From the NCBI GenBank assembly GCA_002633005.1, contig NMRA01000442.1:315732-379731 (forward strand): a stretch of 64,000 bases of DNA, written 5' to 3'. Origin of the DNA: Phoronis australis (taxonomy: Eukaryota; Animalia; Phoronida). The notes beneath the pieces were generated by a model, which was not told the origin of the DNA, ran no database searches, and was given only the letters and a program-made list of their open reading frames with translations. This document shows, one piece after another, positions 54,001 through 61,495 of this stretch. How positions within the stretch are numbered: position 1 is the stretch's first letter; each line of letters opens with the position of its first letter. The position numbers and the translations under genes are program-made.

Positions 54001-57000
54001 TTAAATGAATTAACCAAAAATACAGATAAATCATTCCAAAAAAATTTAAAGAATTCCACACTAAAACCATCAGGGCCAGGGGACTTATCATTTTTCATCA
54101 ATTTGATCACATTGAGTGCTTCGGACACTGTGATCTCGCCGTCTAAACGCTTACTATCGTCATTGGTTAATCGTGGAACATGTAGTGACGGCGGGAACAG
54201 AGCGTTCAAATTAACGTCATCAAGGAGATCATCTTTACATGCATAGAGAGATTTATAAAAATCGCAAATGTTATGTAGAAGTGCACTTTGCTCGGTGATT
54301 GTAGTATTCTTGTGAGTGTCAATAACTAATTTAGTAACATTTTTATGACATCTAAATATTAGTCTTCTTTGCAGTTCTTGTGCAACAACATTGATGTTGA
54401 CGTCTTGACCCTGATCTTCTTGGGGGGGATATTAACATTGTCTCCATTCATTCATGTTGTGCATCATATAAAGCAACACAATTTTAACCATGACAGTCAG
54501 GTCGCCCCCTTACATGACAGTTTATGCTGATGCACAGAAAATGTTTCTTCAGGGCCCCAAAATCCCTGTCTATACTTCCTAGATTTGTGGGCGATATTAT
54601 AATGCACCTGTACACCTATGGCAGGTCGCAGTGCAAGGGTCAGTAGATATCTTTCACATGCATGTCCATTGTTGCCAAGGAGTTAACCCCAGTTCCTACC
54701 ATTTAAAAGATTTTCTGCCCGCATGTTGTTGCGAAATATTGTGTTGTTATGGGTTGATGCAAGAAAGTGAATTACGGCATTGTGAAACATTGGTCCTCAG
54801 TTACTTCCTGTACAATCAATGAATAAGACCCCTTCTGGTTGATAGATATGGTCGGATTCCTGATTCCTCGTCTACAAGCAATTTTTGTGTGTGTACCATC
54901 ACTACAATTGAGTATATATATCTCACGTAAGTCTGTGTCAACCATGCTTTACTATACCAAACCTAGGTCTAACCTGTTCTAAAGTCAAACCTAGTTAAGG
55001 TCTTATTGCAGGTCTAAGGGATTTAAACCTCGGTGGTGAAATGAAAACTGGCTTAGATGAGGTTTAAACTGGAGTTAAACCAGGTTTTACTAGACCACTG
55101 ATCTAACAATTAATCCAACTTAATGAAACACAGATTATCTTTAAACCTGGTCTAAGTCCAATTTAAACCAGGTTTAACCAACTTGATGAAATTGCCTGTC
55201 AAGTCCAGCCATTCACCCCTTAATTACAATTCGCATTCAAATGCACCCAGTAAGCTAGAAAGGTCATCCCACTGCATTTAACGTCATAACCAGTACATTG
55301 GCAATGACTGAAATCCTCCACAGTTAGGAATTGGTATTCACGGTGGTCGGAAATTATTTCAAATTCCTCCAAACGTTTTTCCCAGCACAGGGAAACTAGA
55401 ACTATCGATTGAAAGCAATGGCCATTCTCCAATTATTCCGCACAAAATAAATTTTCTCTTCATAATCGTGGTCAGCCAAATAAACTGAATACAGACTTTG
55501 TAATTGTTGGGTGACTGAGTAGCCAAGCACCCCTAACTGCCTGTGTGTGAATTTAACGAAATGCGGTCTATGGGTTGCCAGCGTACAATTAACTTAACTT
55601 TATTCTGTTCCAATGTAAGAGTACTTCACATTGGTGAAACATTCCGTTGAGCATATGACTCTTAGTGACAGGACACTCATCCAGGTCACCCTTTCACCAC
55701 ACATTTAAGGATATCTCAAACCTTATTCACAAAAATTGGCCGTTTTCACATGTCTACCTAAATACCCTATTGTCATTCTCGGGAAACTTTGAATGCGAAA
55801 TACATATTGCGTAGCAAGGAAAAAGATTTAGCAGAACCACCCTGAAACTGTACAACAGTGTGGAAATTTGCTTACTTAATTATTCAACGTCAAAGGTTAC
55901 AGGGCTGTCACTCAATTCGAATCTCCTGCCAGGCATAGAGCAGCTCCATATGTGCCTTCAGTCCTTTCATTCACCGAGCCGCCACAACATTGAGTCAACA
56001 AGGTGTACAGAAAGATTCCAGGAAAAGCAAGACAAAACTTGTGTGTCTGCATGCATATGACCCTTGAGAACGAATGCTCCGAGTCGCCGCATGCTTCTGT
56101 GACTTTGTGTTCATGAACACAGCAAGTTGTGAAAAGAGCTTTAAATCCTCACCCAAGTTCATTAAGTTGATAGGTAATTTGACATTTCGCCGTTTCGATC
56201 TCATGCTCACGACGTGATTTAACCAAAGATTTGATTTCATTTCATATCAGCCTCTCATCGCGTGGTGTGTATAACAAAGAAGTAGCCCCATCTGTCAGAC
56301 TGGAGACAGTAACAAAATTAAAACATTTTAGCGATAATTAAGCACTCCAAATTCAGTTGACATTGCGAGCGAATGGTGAATTAGTGAACATGGTCAAGGC
56401 ATGTATAGGTTATATTGACCGAAAACAAGTTTTCACCAAATAATTAACCGAAGACCTAAGTGATACTTTCACATCTCACAACTTAATCGGCTTTTTTCCG
56501 CTTCGGCAAATTGACTAACCCGGAAATTTGAACTTAGGAACACAAAAACGGCTCCAAACTCGATATTTATTCATCAATCTCAAAAACGCTGTTAGTATTT
56601 TTGATAAAGGCCTAGTTTTTGCGTAATGTAACAAATGTACAACTGCTATCTTTTACAAAAATACCTTAAATGTTGCAAGTTGATTTGTCATAGAAACCAA
56701 ACTAAAAGACTAATCGAAAATTCCTAACAACGTTTTTGAGGTGATTGGTGAAGTTCTCATTTAAAAAAGGTTTCATTGAAATCGATTGAGGGTTATTTTG
56801 GTATGAATGTACCTTCCTTAAAAATGAAATTTTGACTGTAAAAAGTTGTTAATGTAGTAATAATGACAAATAATATATAAAACATGTTTTTATAATCCCT
56901 GACCTTTTTTCTTTCAGAAAATATATACTTTTACTCGTAAACAAAGCCTGTTTTTTCGATATACGAGTTAGAATGGATGCCACTAAATAAGGCTTGAGAT

Positions 57001-59027
57001 AACCTTAAATGGTGAATGTATAATATTCAACCTTATTAACAGTTAAAGAGGTCTTGATATTTTCGGAAGTGCAAAACTGACAAAGCCTCCTGCAAAATAA
57101 GTGAGGGACAAATATTTTTACAAATGATTTTTGGTGCGCAAAATGAGGCGAGCGAGCTAAATAAGTAGAAAATTATTGTACCCTTTAAATAGATTTTTGC
57201 TCAACTTTACAGGCTCAACTCGCAGGCTCAGGCCCAGCCTGACGATTCTAAAGATGCCAGGACAGTAAGACCAAGTGAACACTACTTTGTACCTGCTCCA
57301 GTTCAATGACGTAATACATCACTTTTGTAATAAAAATCAATCTGTTTGAAAGTGCTCGAGTTCCTCTTAAAAAATTGGTCACATACTGCACTGCTGGGTA
57401 ATGATGAACTGATAAACACTGTTTATGTCATCATATGCTTGATTGAGACAACTGAGACTCTTCTCGCAAAGACGGGTGTTTCAGCCTTGACAAGGGAGTT
57501 GGGCAAATGCGCAAGTTTACAAAACGGTTAACAGCAAACGTATATCACAATTCAGACTCAGATGAAACCCTGTCAAGACATTATGATCAAGACAAAAACT
57601 GAAGGACAGCGAAAATCTCTTTGAAAACTACAATGTCAGACAAGTGGTGCTAGAGAAGTCTATTTCATCTGAAGAGCAACTGAACCCAGAGTATTCCCAC
57701 CAAATAACTCTGCGTCAAAGCCTATCAAGTTCTTTTCTTGTCAAAAACTAAAACAGCCAACAGGGGTTGCCATGGATGCCAAATCTGTCCGAAAATCCAC
57801 ATTCTCACCCGTTACCGTGCCCCTGTGTCGAGTTTCATCACACTGTTTGCGAGACAACCAGCAGACAACCGAAGGTAACAAAGGACAGGTGGTGGATGGG
57901 ATGTCAACTATGTGGGACTATAATTTTTTGAGGGGGCACATGCCTCCTGGGATATAGTCATGTAGTGTTATGACAGGTATAGAACAAACGTTTACACATA
58001 TACTTCTTTGAAAAGTCAGAGTTCATTGCAACAGTTCAGATAGATAATATGAGGATGTATATACAACAAAGGACTACACATAATACTTCTTTGAAAAGTC
58101 AGATCTCATTGCAACAGTTCAGATAGATAATATGAGGATGTATATACAACAAAGGACTACACATAATACTTCTTTGAAAAGTCAGAGTTCATTGCAACAG
58201 TTCAGATAGATAATATGAGGATGTATATACAACAAAGGACTACACATAATACTTCTTTGAAAAGTCAGAGCTCATTGCAACAGTTCAGATAGATAATATG
58301 AGGATGTATATACAACAAAGGACTACACATAATACTTCTTTGAAAAGTCAGAGTTCATTGCAACAGTTCAGATAGATAATATGAGGATGTATATACAACA
58401 AAGGACTACACATAATACTTCTTTGAAAAGTCAGAGCTCATTGCAACAGTTCAGATAGATAATATGAGGATGTATATACAACAAAGGACTACACATAATA
58501 CTTCTTTGAAAAGTCAGAGCTAATTGCAACAGTTCAGATAGATAATACGAACATGTAGGTGTGTTTCACTGCATTTAGTTTACACACAGGCTTCTTTCTT
58601 GGTTATCAGATGGATTTGCAAAACAGCATACTAACCATGAATGCAGCTACAAAACTCATGGAAAATATCGCCATTTTGTCACTGCTCACCAATACCGGTG
58701 CATGATATCTCGTAAGAAACACTATAATACAGACATGAATAAAATCTACGACAAAACACTACAGATAAAAACTATAAACACAATCATTGTACAATCATTG
58801 TATGTTTGAGCATTATCAAAAGCATGTGCAACAGGGTTGCCTGGTGGGTGCATTAGAATTGAATTTGAGCACAGCTATCATTATTTCATTATTCACCCCT
58901 CCCCCCTCCTAACCTGTGTCTCCCCCCCCCTGACTAAACCGTCAAGTCCAAATATGCCTTATCTTCAACTGTCAAAAAATGATTTTCAAAAATACTTTTA
59001 CTCACATGTTGCGGCTTTGGTAGTCAT
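1..59027 (-). CDS. unc-79: unc-79 homolog (NALCN channelosome subunit), 5' part, 29 coding exons; 3' end beyond left window edge
   Basis: Spliced translation matches recalled UNC79 motifs (PSGTDIVNTLKFFSQTLL, DLLQVIAYGP, LLFHYWPQL, NRPVRYC, ERKLLSRYGIW, LEAIRTE, QEQALQWLQ, DWRVRFSAVEK, VLDRNFELG). Splice phases are consistent from exon to exon. Confidence 0.96.
802..974 (-). CDS. unc-79: unc-79 exon 28 (DTSNVSVGDLEQIQETP...KFRIQ)
   Basis: ttccag|AT ... CAG|gttaga, 173 bp. Confidence 0.82.
1781..1925 (-). CDS. unc-79: unc-79 exon 27 (YQYNTEPAMG...INTINAQHHKCRQ...RRTR)
   Basis: gtttcag|TAC ... AGA G|gtaatt, 145 bp. Confidence 0.9.
1969..2076 (-). pseudogene. Diverged tandem duplicate of the 5' part of unc-79 exon 27 (pseudo-exon or alternative exon)
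   Basis: YTTEPAIGFAITLIQVSINTVNAQQ aligns to YNTEPAMGIAITLVRLTINTINAQH of exon 27. Confidence 0.75.
2479..2661 (-). CDS. unc-79: unc-79 exon 26 (VLDRNFELG...YTLWYLEPHSRQSWL...ILYK)
   Basis: ttttag|GTT ... AAG|gtggga, 183 bp. Confidence 0.94.
3426..3599 (-). CDS. unc-79: unc-79 exon 25 (FMTHPD...RHLYILLGY...FNAFLAGLPQ)
   Basis: ttctag|TTT ... CAG|gtgggc, 174 bp. Confidence 0.93.
3975..4480 (+). mobile_element. Degenerate non-LTR retrotransposon ORF2 C-terminal fragment (RTE-X/CR1-like)
   Basis: KRILGV..SNSTIMRECDRFPL..IKY..KILEMP..NWASFVRKLL..GFSDVWINQGV, with stops and frameshifts. Confidence 0.7.
5064..5185 (-). CDS. unc-79: unc-79 exon 24 (EGNLREFTDHESKFAALLQKAMDL...LLSK)
   Basis: tgtgtag|AA ... 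AAG|gtaagt, 122 bp. Confidence 0.9.
6915..7025 (-). CDS. unc-79: unc-79 exon 23 (DAKAKLYARQKSAPVLRRR...NNYMFP), GC donor
   Basis: tttcag|AT ... CCA G|gcatgt, 111 bp. YxRQxSAPxL resembles invertebrate UNC79. Confidence 0.82.
8885..9190. repeat. About 88-bp tandem repeat, about 3.4 copies
   Basis: aaggtaacactgccctctgtaggacattg... recurring. Confidence 0.9.
9451..9729. mobile_element. Foldback MITE-like imperfect inverted repeat (about 110-bp arms)
   Basis: tttttcaaagccagtaagaac..tgacagcttcagctcc..ccatctt..ttggaca is mirrored by tgtccaa..aagatgg..ggagccgaaactgtca..gttcttactggttatgaaaaaa. Confidence 0.8.
10770..10949 (-). CDS. unc-79: unc-79 exon 22 (DLTSSDK...RARFALARSDSMRSVS...NISRK)
   Basis: tttcag|AT ... 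AAG G|gtaagc, 180 bp. Confidence 0.9.
13385..13586 (-). CDS. unc-79: unc-79 exon 21 (CMCECMEAQFDAVIGDR...WDFFLNRFD...INELT)
   Basis: tttcag|TGC ... ACA G|gttggc, 202 bp. Confidence 0.93.
13960..14495 (-). repeat. 42-bp minisatellite-containing element, copy A
   Basis: (gtgaatgtgttgagggtcctcatgggacagagtgaatgtggt)n, about 11 units. Confidence 0.92.
14863..15044 (-). CDS. unc-79: unc-79 exon 20 (VEKATVLARL...IKPTSIQ)
   Basis: ttgcag|TT ... CAG|gtaact, 182 bp. Confidence 0.92.
16125..16765 (+). repeat. Same minisatellite-containing element, copy B, inverted and more diverged
   Basis: ccatgaggaccctcaacacattcac units plus the shared unique flank ctcacgtcaagac..aattag. Confidence 0.85.
16957..17114 (-). 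CDS. unc-79: unc-79 exon 19 (FWTMLEGDNSHL...DWRVRFSA)
   Basis: tgtcag|T ... GCA G|gtgggt, 158 bp. Confidence 0.92.
17372..17520 (-). CDS. unc-79: unc-79 exon 18 (EMETETDTDILFYVL...LHGEVL...KLIP)
   Basis: tttccag|GAA ... CCA TG|gtattg, 149 bp. Confidence 0.9.
18275..18435. repeat. About 52-bp tandem repeat, 3 copies
   Basis: tcagatttct..aaaaaataaagagaa..gatttta..ctgtttttagc. Confidence 0.75.
18955..19085 (-). CDS. unc-79: unc-79 exon 17 (GEGTLSMYNTE...MPAYLQILHTLIH)
   Basis: tttccag|GG ... CAT|gtaagt, 131 bp, open and phase-compatible. Confidence 0.8.
19755..20022 (-). CDS. unc-79: unc-79 exon 16 (IELSNTPSHLG...HTC...CKFC...EEIQHKS)
   Basis: atccag|ATT. The donor is weak (AGT G|gtcgga) and was chosen to fit phase 1; an alternative donor lies 3 nt away. 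Confidence 0.8.
20760..21412. repeat. About 52-bp minisatellite abutting the exon-15 donor, interrupted by a SINE
   Basis: agtcatggctcactatatccaagggagataatgtca..cagtgtcat units. Confidence 0.88.
21119..21348 (-). mobile_element. tRNA-derived SINE inserted into a minisatellite
   Basis: Minus-strand head TGGCCTGGTTG (A box) and GGTTCGAGTC (B box), AT-rich tail, 7-bp direct repeat GTCTATA at 21112-21118 and 21349-21355. Confidence 0.75.
21417..21707 (-). CDS. unc-79: unc-79 exon 15 (ILSSVDIVIPL...CFILMLDILLKQ)
   Basis: caccag|ATT ... CAG|gtaatg, 291 bp. Confidence 0.92.
23169..23292 (-). CDS. unc-79: unc-79 exon 14 (KTFDIEMSPLPF...QEQALQWLQ)
   Basis: cttcag|T ... CAG|gtatag, 124 bp. Confidence 0.93.
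23954..24042 (-). CDS. unc-79: unc-79 exon 13, copy A (EIPSNE variant)
   Basis: Same as 27064-27152 except one S/N codon. Confidence 0.75.
24616..24807 (-). CDS. unc-79: unc-79 exon 12, copy A
   Basis: Near-identical to 27725-27916; the differences I saw are synonymous. Confidence 0.75.
25588..25625 (-). CDS. unc-79: unc-79 exon 11, copy A
   Basis: Identical to 28637-28674. Confidence 0.75.
26053..26276 (-). CDS. unc-79: unc-79 exon 10, copy A (duplicate block)
   Basis: Near-identical to 30017-30240, splice sites intact. Confidence 0.75.
27064..27152 (-). CDS. unc-79: unc-79 exon 13 (VWDYIMPYWLEAIRTEIPNNEVVEIKTLL), copy B
   Basis: cgttag|GTG ... TTA AA|gtaagt, 89 bp. Confidence 0.88.
27725..27916 (-). 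CDS. unc-79: unc-79 exon 12 (YIYNWLQEV...CLLPHP...PYDIVTYE), copy B
   Basis: ttccag|TAC ... GAG|gtgaag, 192 bp. Confidence 0.88.
28637..28674 (-). CDS. unc-79: unc-79 exon 11, 38-bp mini-exon (DNVGNALEKLKPE), copy B
   Basis: tttttcag|AC ... GAG|gtatgt; matches UNC79 DEVGSLVEKLKP. Confidence 0.88.
30017..30240 (-). CDS. unc-79: unc-79 exon 10 (LLKEAEP...ERKLLSRYGIW...AYLPD), copy B
   Basis: cctcag|C ... GAT G|gtgagt, 224 bp. Confidence 0.88.
30470..30932. repeat. 22-bp minisatellite (tgctattgcttagtactatttc)n
   Basis: About 20 degenerate copies; the start is also present at 26510-26566. Confidence 0.92.
31160..31374 (-). CDS. unc-79: unc-79 exon 9 (NCSSSNSQAVVTCFS...NRPVRYC...MDAIV)
   Basis: ccgcag|AAC ... 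GTC AG|gtacga, 215 bp. Confidence 0.93.
32262..32411. repeat. 29-bp tandem repeat, about 5 copies
   Basis: gttattgaactctacccaggtcttctaca. Confidence 0.9.
32884..33042 (-). CDS. unc-79: unc-79 exon 8, duplicate copy (probably allelic, assembly artefact)
   Basis: Same exon sequence on the other side of the single N at 33285. Confidence 0.7.
33325..33483 (-). CDS. unc-79: unc-79 exon 8 (ICLHPELAIECCGRPPPVYIC...VCENK), copy 1
   Basis: tctag|ATC ... AAG|gtgaaa, 159 bp. Confidence 0.88.
34313..34377 (-). CDS. unc-79: unc-79 exon 7 (AWQPPLCQRNNCINARRTNAKK)
   Basis: ttacag|CT ... AAG|gtgact, 65 bp. Confidence 0.88.
34755..35265. repeat. About 41/83-bp dimeric minisatellite
   Basis: Alternating tgaagac..gacttctctttatgagactggttact and gaagac..agtcttcac..gagactgctacctcag units. 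Confidence 0.85.
36808..37010. repeat. About 41-bp degenerate tandem repeat
   Basis: aatatagaggaaa..ccctttaaatc..aattt recurring about 5 times. Confidence 0.7.
37261..37441 (+). mobile_element. About 180-bp MITE, copy 1
   Basis: TIR tgacctatcac...gtgataggtca; homologous to 48121-48301. Confidence 0.8.
41742..41927 (-). CDS. unc-79: unc-79 exon 6 (EFHSQLLECLM...IAYGP...FHYWPQLNP...YKYL)
   Basis: ctaacag|AG ... CTA G|gtaatg, 186 bp. Confidence 0.94.
43707..43900 (+). mobile_element. Degenerate THAP-domain fragment (DNA transposon relic)
   Basis: CCAAGCNSD...VKFFAFPTSIRDKKMRSKWVKQDRRVNFE fits the THAP C-x4-C..FxFP..W signature; frameshift near the start and the C-terminal CxxH is missing. Confidence 0.7.
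44334..44423 (-). CDS. unc-79: unc-79 exon 5 (GHPGIDEAATTASDSVAAVLMMVLQYTEKP)
   Basis: cctgcag|GT ... CCA G|gtaacg, 90 bp. Confidence 0.88.
44421..44655. repeat. 44-bp tandem repeat whose unit contains the exon-5 splice acceptor
   Basis: gacctg(c/t)aggtaaa at 44421, 44465, 44509, 44553 and 44597. Confidence 0.9.
45539..45709 (-). CDS. unc-79: unc-79 exon 4 (ELGESVLHVLGCLVPFL...LLPATL)
   Basis: ttgaag|AA ... CTG G|gtaagt, 171 bp; read by hand, not in the ORF track. Confidence 0.92.
48121..48301 (-). mobile_element. About 180-bp MITE, copy 2 (inverted relative to copy 1)
   Basis: Reverse complement aligns to 37261-37441; also visible as similar spurious ORFs in the track. Confidence 0.8.
50156..50316 (-). 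CDS. unc-79: unc-79 exon 3 (SVLKDVPK...LNYSGLY...QAGQL)
   Basis: tcag|T ... CTT G|gtaagg, 161 bp. Confidence 0.93.
50723..50843 (-). CDS. unc-79: unc-79 exon 2 (DAKVRNLKDYYHR...FFSQTLL)
   Basis: tttttag|TC ... CTA AG|gtttgt, 121 bp. Confidence 0.93.
51442..51521 (-). mobile_element. tRNA-like element (SINE head or tRNA pseudogene)
   Basis: A box TGGTGTAGTGG and B box GGTTCGAATC at tRNA spacing, but the anticodon and acceptor stems pair poorly. Confidence 0.6.
52090..52212. mobile_element. Small palindromic MITE-like hairpin
   Basis: ctagagcccttgtggattttggaga...tctccaaaatccactagggctctag, near-perfect stem. Confidence 0.8.
52589..52966. other. Assembly gap
   Basis: Run of N. Confidence 1.
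52967..54347 (-). mobile_element. L1/Tx1-clade non-LTR retrotransposon ORF2 fragment (reverse transcriptase), 5'-truncated, 3' end in the N gap
   Basis: Uninterrupted frame with KSPGPDG, NWRPISLLN, IDFEKAFDS, GCKQGDPVSPYLF, QYADD, LTTLGKITVVKS. Confidence 0.93.
54355..54910 (-). mobile_element. Degenerate PIF/Harbinger (HARBI1-like DDE) transposase relic
   Basis: Hand translation across frameshifts gives DGTHTKI..INQKGSYSLIVQ, LLGNNGHACERYLLT..YNIAHK and FGALKKHFLCI, equivalent to Harbinger DGTH / NRKGxxSLNVQ / GDSGY..LLTP..YNxAH / FGxLKxRFxC. Confidence 0.8.
54955..55196. mobile_element. Subterminal repeats / terminus of the Harbinger-like element (related sequence at 52505-52588)
   Basis: Clustered AAACC(T/A)GG / GGTCTAA / GGTTTAA motifs ending TGATGAAATTGCC. 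ATCTAAGCCAG is shared in inverted orientation with about 52528. Confidence 0.55.
55709..57004. mobile_element. Non-autonomous Kolobok-like DNA transposon (about 1.3 kb)
   Basis: TTAA on both sides (55705-55708, 57005-57008). 19-bp TIRs GGATATCTCAAACCTTATT vs GGTTATCTCAAGCCTTATT (17/19). Purine-purine terminus, as in Kolobok rather than piggyBac. Confidence 0.75.
57995..58548. repeat. 83-bp tandem repeat, about 6.6 near-identical copies
   Basis: tacttctttgaaaagtcaga.. at 58001, 58084, 58167 and onward. Confidence 0.95.
59006..59027 (-). CDS. unc-79: unc-79 coding exon 1 (MTTKAAT+T); exon including 5'UTR is 59006-59062
   Basis: gtatttgcag acceptor, ATG ACT ACC AAA GCC GCA ACA T|gtgagt. Joins TC of the next exon to give F (MTTKAATFDAK, like UNC79 MSTKAEQFASK). 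Confidence 0.88.
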
Positions 59028-59273
59028 AGCGACTGTACATCACAATCTGTAGATGATGGTTTCTGCAAATACAACAAACATGTGTCATGGAAGCCCACCT
59101 CGTTCCAAGTTTTGAGCCAATATGCTCGACCACCACACTAATGTTTCCAGCCACCATGTTCCATTTCTGACAGACAAAGTACCAACAATCCAACACGCTT
59201 TCGATTTTTGCTGAACAAACAAGTACTTAACGGTCTTGCTTGTTACACTGAATTCCACGTGTACAGTGCTTAC

Positions 59274-59360
59274 ATGTTTTGCAGCAATTCTTCGTGACTT
59301 CCACACTGATTACGACATGAAATGAAACTAGCGGGGAGTGCCACGTCCGGATGTGCAGCC
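59274..59360 (-). promoter_or_regulatory. Putative non-coding first exon / promoter of unc-79
   Basis: Donor ACAT|gtaagc at 59274/59273, 211 bp upstream of the acceptor at 59063; relatively CpG-rich with a CCGGAT ETS-like motif. The TSS cannot be determined. Confidence 0.4.
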
Positions 59361-61495
59361 CATAGCCCTTAGCAAGTTTATCTTTGAAAATTTTCAAACT
59401 GAATTAAGTGTTCCACGTGTGGGTTAGTATGAAGATGCAAGCGATGCAATACCGGCGAGTGATACATAGGGTGGTGTGCACAGGACCATAATAGCAGGCA
59501 GCCAGGTATTCATGAGAGGCGATAAGATGGAGGACTGCAGTCGGGCGGCTTGGAAATATGCGTGCTCTCAGGCCAGCAACAAGATGCAATCGATTTGACA
59601 GAGGCCTTCGTACCTTTGATTCGCGGTCAGAAAGTGTGCAGGTGAGCCTGAAGCGAGGCGCACGTGGTGAGGAAGTTTTGATAGGTTTCCCTATCAGAAC
59701 AAAAATAAGTCATTTAAAGGACTCATTTTGAAATGCATGTTTGCAGTCTAACATTTGTTGCCAGTGCCACATATCCGAAGTCACAAGCTGTAATAAAAAA
59801 GTTTGTGAACAATTGTACTTTTGGATACTTATTTCTTCAAATTATGTGTATCAGACTTTAATATATACCTTTTTCATGAAATTACTTGCACTAACATTTT
59901 ATATTGTGCTGATCTTTGATATGGAAATGACATAGCGCTCTAGTACAAAATGTTGCAAGCGCATTTCATACCTCTTGAAGTCACCTCTGAAATTGTGCTA
60001 TAGACAAAAATAGAAAGGGGCTACTGTTTACTATCAACTCCAAAATCACAATCACTTGATTTTGCTATTTTGCAATCTTCTCTTTATTGAGATTCCAAAT
60101 TTCCATAACTAGACTAACTGATCCGTGATTGTTCTTTTCTTGTCTCTCCATGCATTACTCTTTAAATGCTATCGATCATTACCAAATTCACCGCATGAGG
60201 TTTTGGTTTTGATAAAAAATTATTTACTTCTTAACTTCGTGGTTTATCAGTGTTTAAAAAGGCTACTAATACTAATACTAATAGGTCACTCAACTTAAGG
60301 TCCTGGGCAGAAATTCCACCCAAATTCTTCCTGTGATACAGGGTATCAACCAGTTGCTCTACAGCTTTCAAAATTGGTACAAGGATAAACCAAGAACAAC
60401 ACTTGATGACTGTGAGATAAGATCTTCCAGTATTCGGTAAATTACTTGGAAAGTGATCTGTAATTGACGTGACCTGGAACTGGCATTTTGGCATAGTTAT
60501 ACTAAGTTATACTTATAGTTAAATTCCCAAGAACATGCCTCGGTCGGTCACGTTTACTACACTTGCTTTGCATAAATTTAAACTGATGAGATAGGCAGTT
60601 AGATTTGATACTTACTTAAATACAATCTTAGCTTTTTGTTACACTAAGCCTGCCAGCTCGACGATTCATTTCGTAAACATAGACTTAGTAAATGAATGAA
60701 AAATCTCATCATAATTATGTGCCAGGGAAATGGGAGTGTTTGCTAAGCATGAAGACGATAACAAAACGCGACATCTGTTGATCAATACTGAAGTTTGCAC
60801 CACGCATCTGGGCCGTGTTTCTCCAATAACAACTGGTTCCAATGCATGGGTGCGGTTTCGCTGGGCCATTCAAGTTTTCAAGGATGTGAAGAAGGCGCGT
60901 TTTAAATTGCTTCAGATGCCGTATTCCAGGTTGTTGCCTGCATTAAAGGGTGTCACTCGAGATACGCAGCATATCTTGTACATGTTTTCCCCCATAAATT
61001 CATTCGCATACAGTGAACGAAACAAGACATCGCATTTTGTAACTTTCGATTCCTAACCACGTTGGTTTAAACGTTGTTTCTGAAATCACTTATGAGAATA
61101 TTTGCAATGAAGTTGTAATCAGTGTGCATTTTATATCTCTTGATTTAAACTATACTTTGCATTCTTTTGTCAAAGATCGTGTCTGGGCGAAGTCCAAAAA
61201 ACGATTTGAGAGTTACTTTTTTGATAATTTATATATATGTGGTTGCATATTGCTGTCACTCCGGGCGTTCGCTCGATCTCAAAAACCCCTGATAGGATTT
61301 TGATGAAATTTGCCAGAAATGAGTGACCAAGCAGATACTAAACGACAAAATAAAAAGATGTGAAATGATACAAAACTTTTAATAATGAGGCTGTAAAATG
61401 ACTTGCATTAAATCATATATTAAATCTTTCAACCCTAGTTTCATGAACTTGTTTCAACCTTACAGGGCCGTAGGAAGCGGGAGGGGGGGGGGGGG

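Noticed and set aside
57995-58548. CRISPR-like regular array
   Set aside because: Units are contiguous and identical with no unique spacers, in a eukaryotic intron with no cas genes; ordinary tandem repeat
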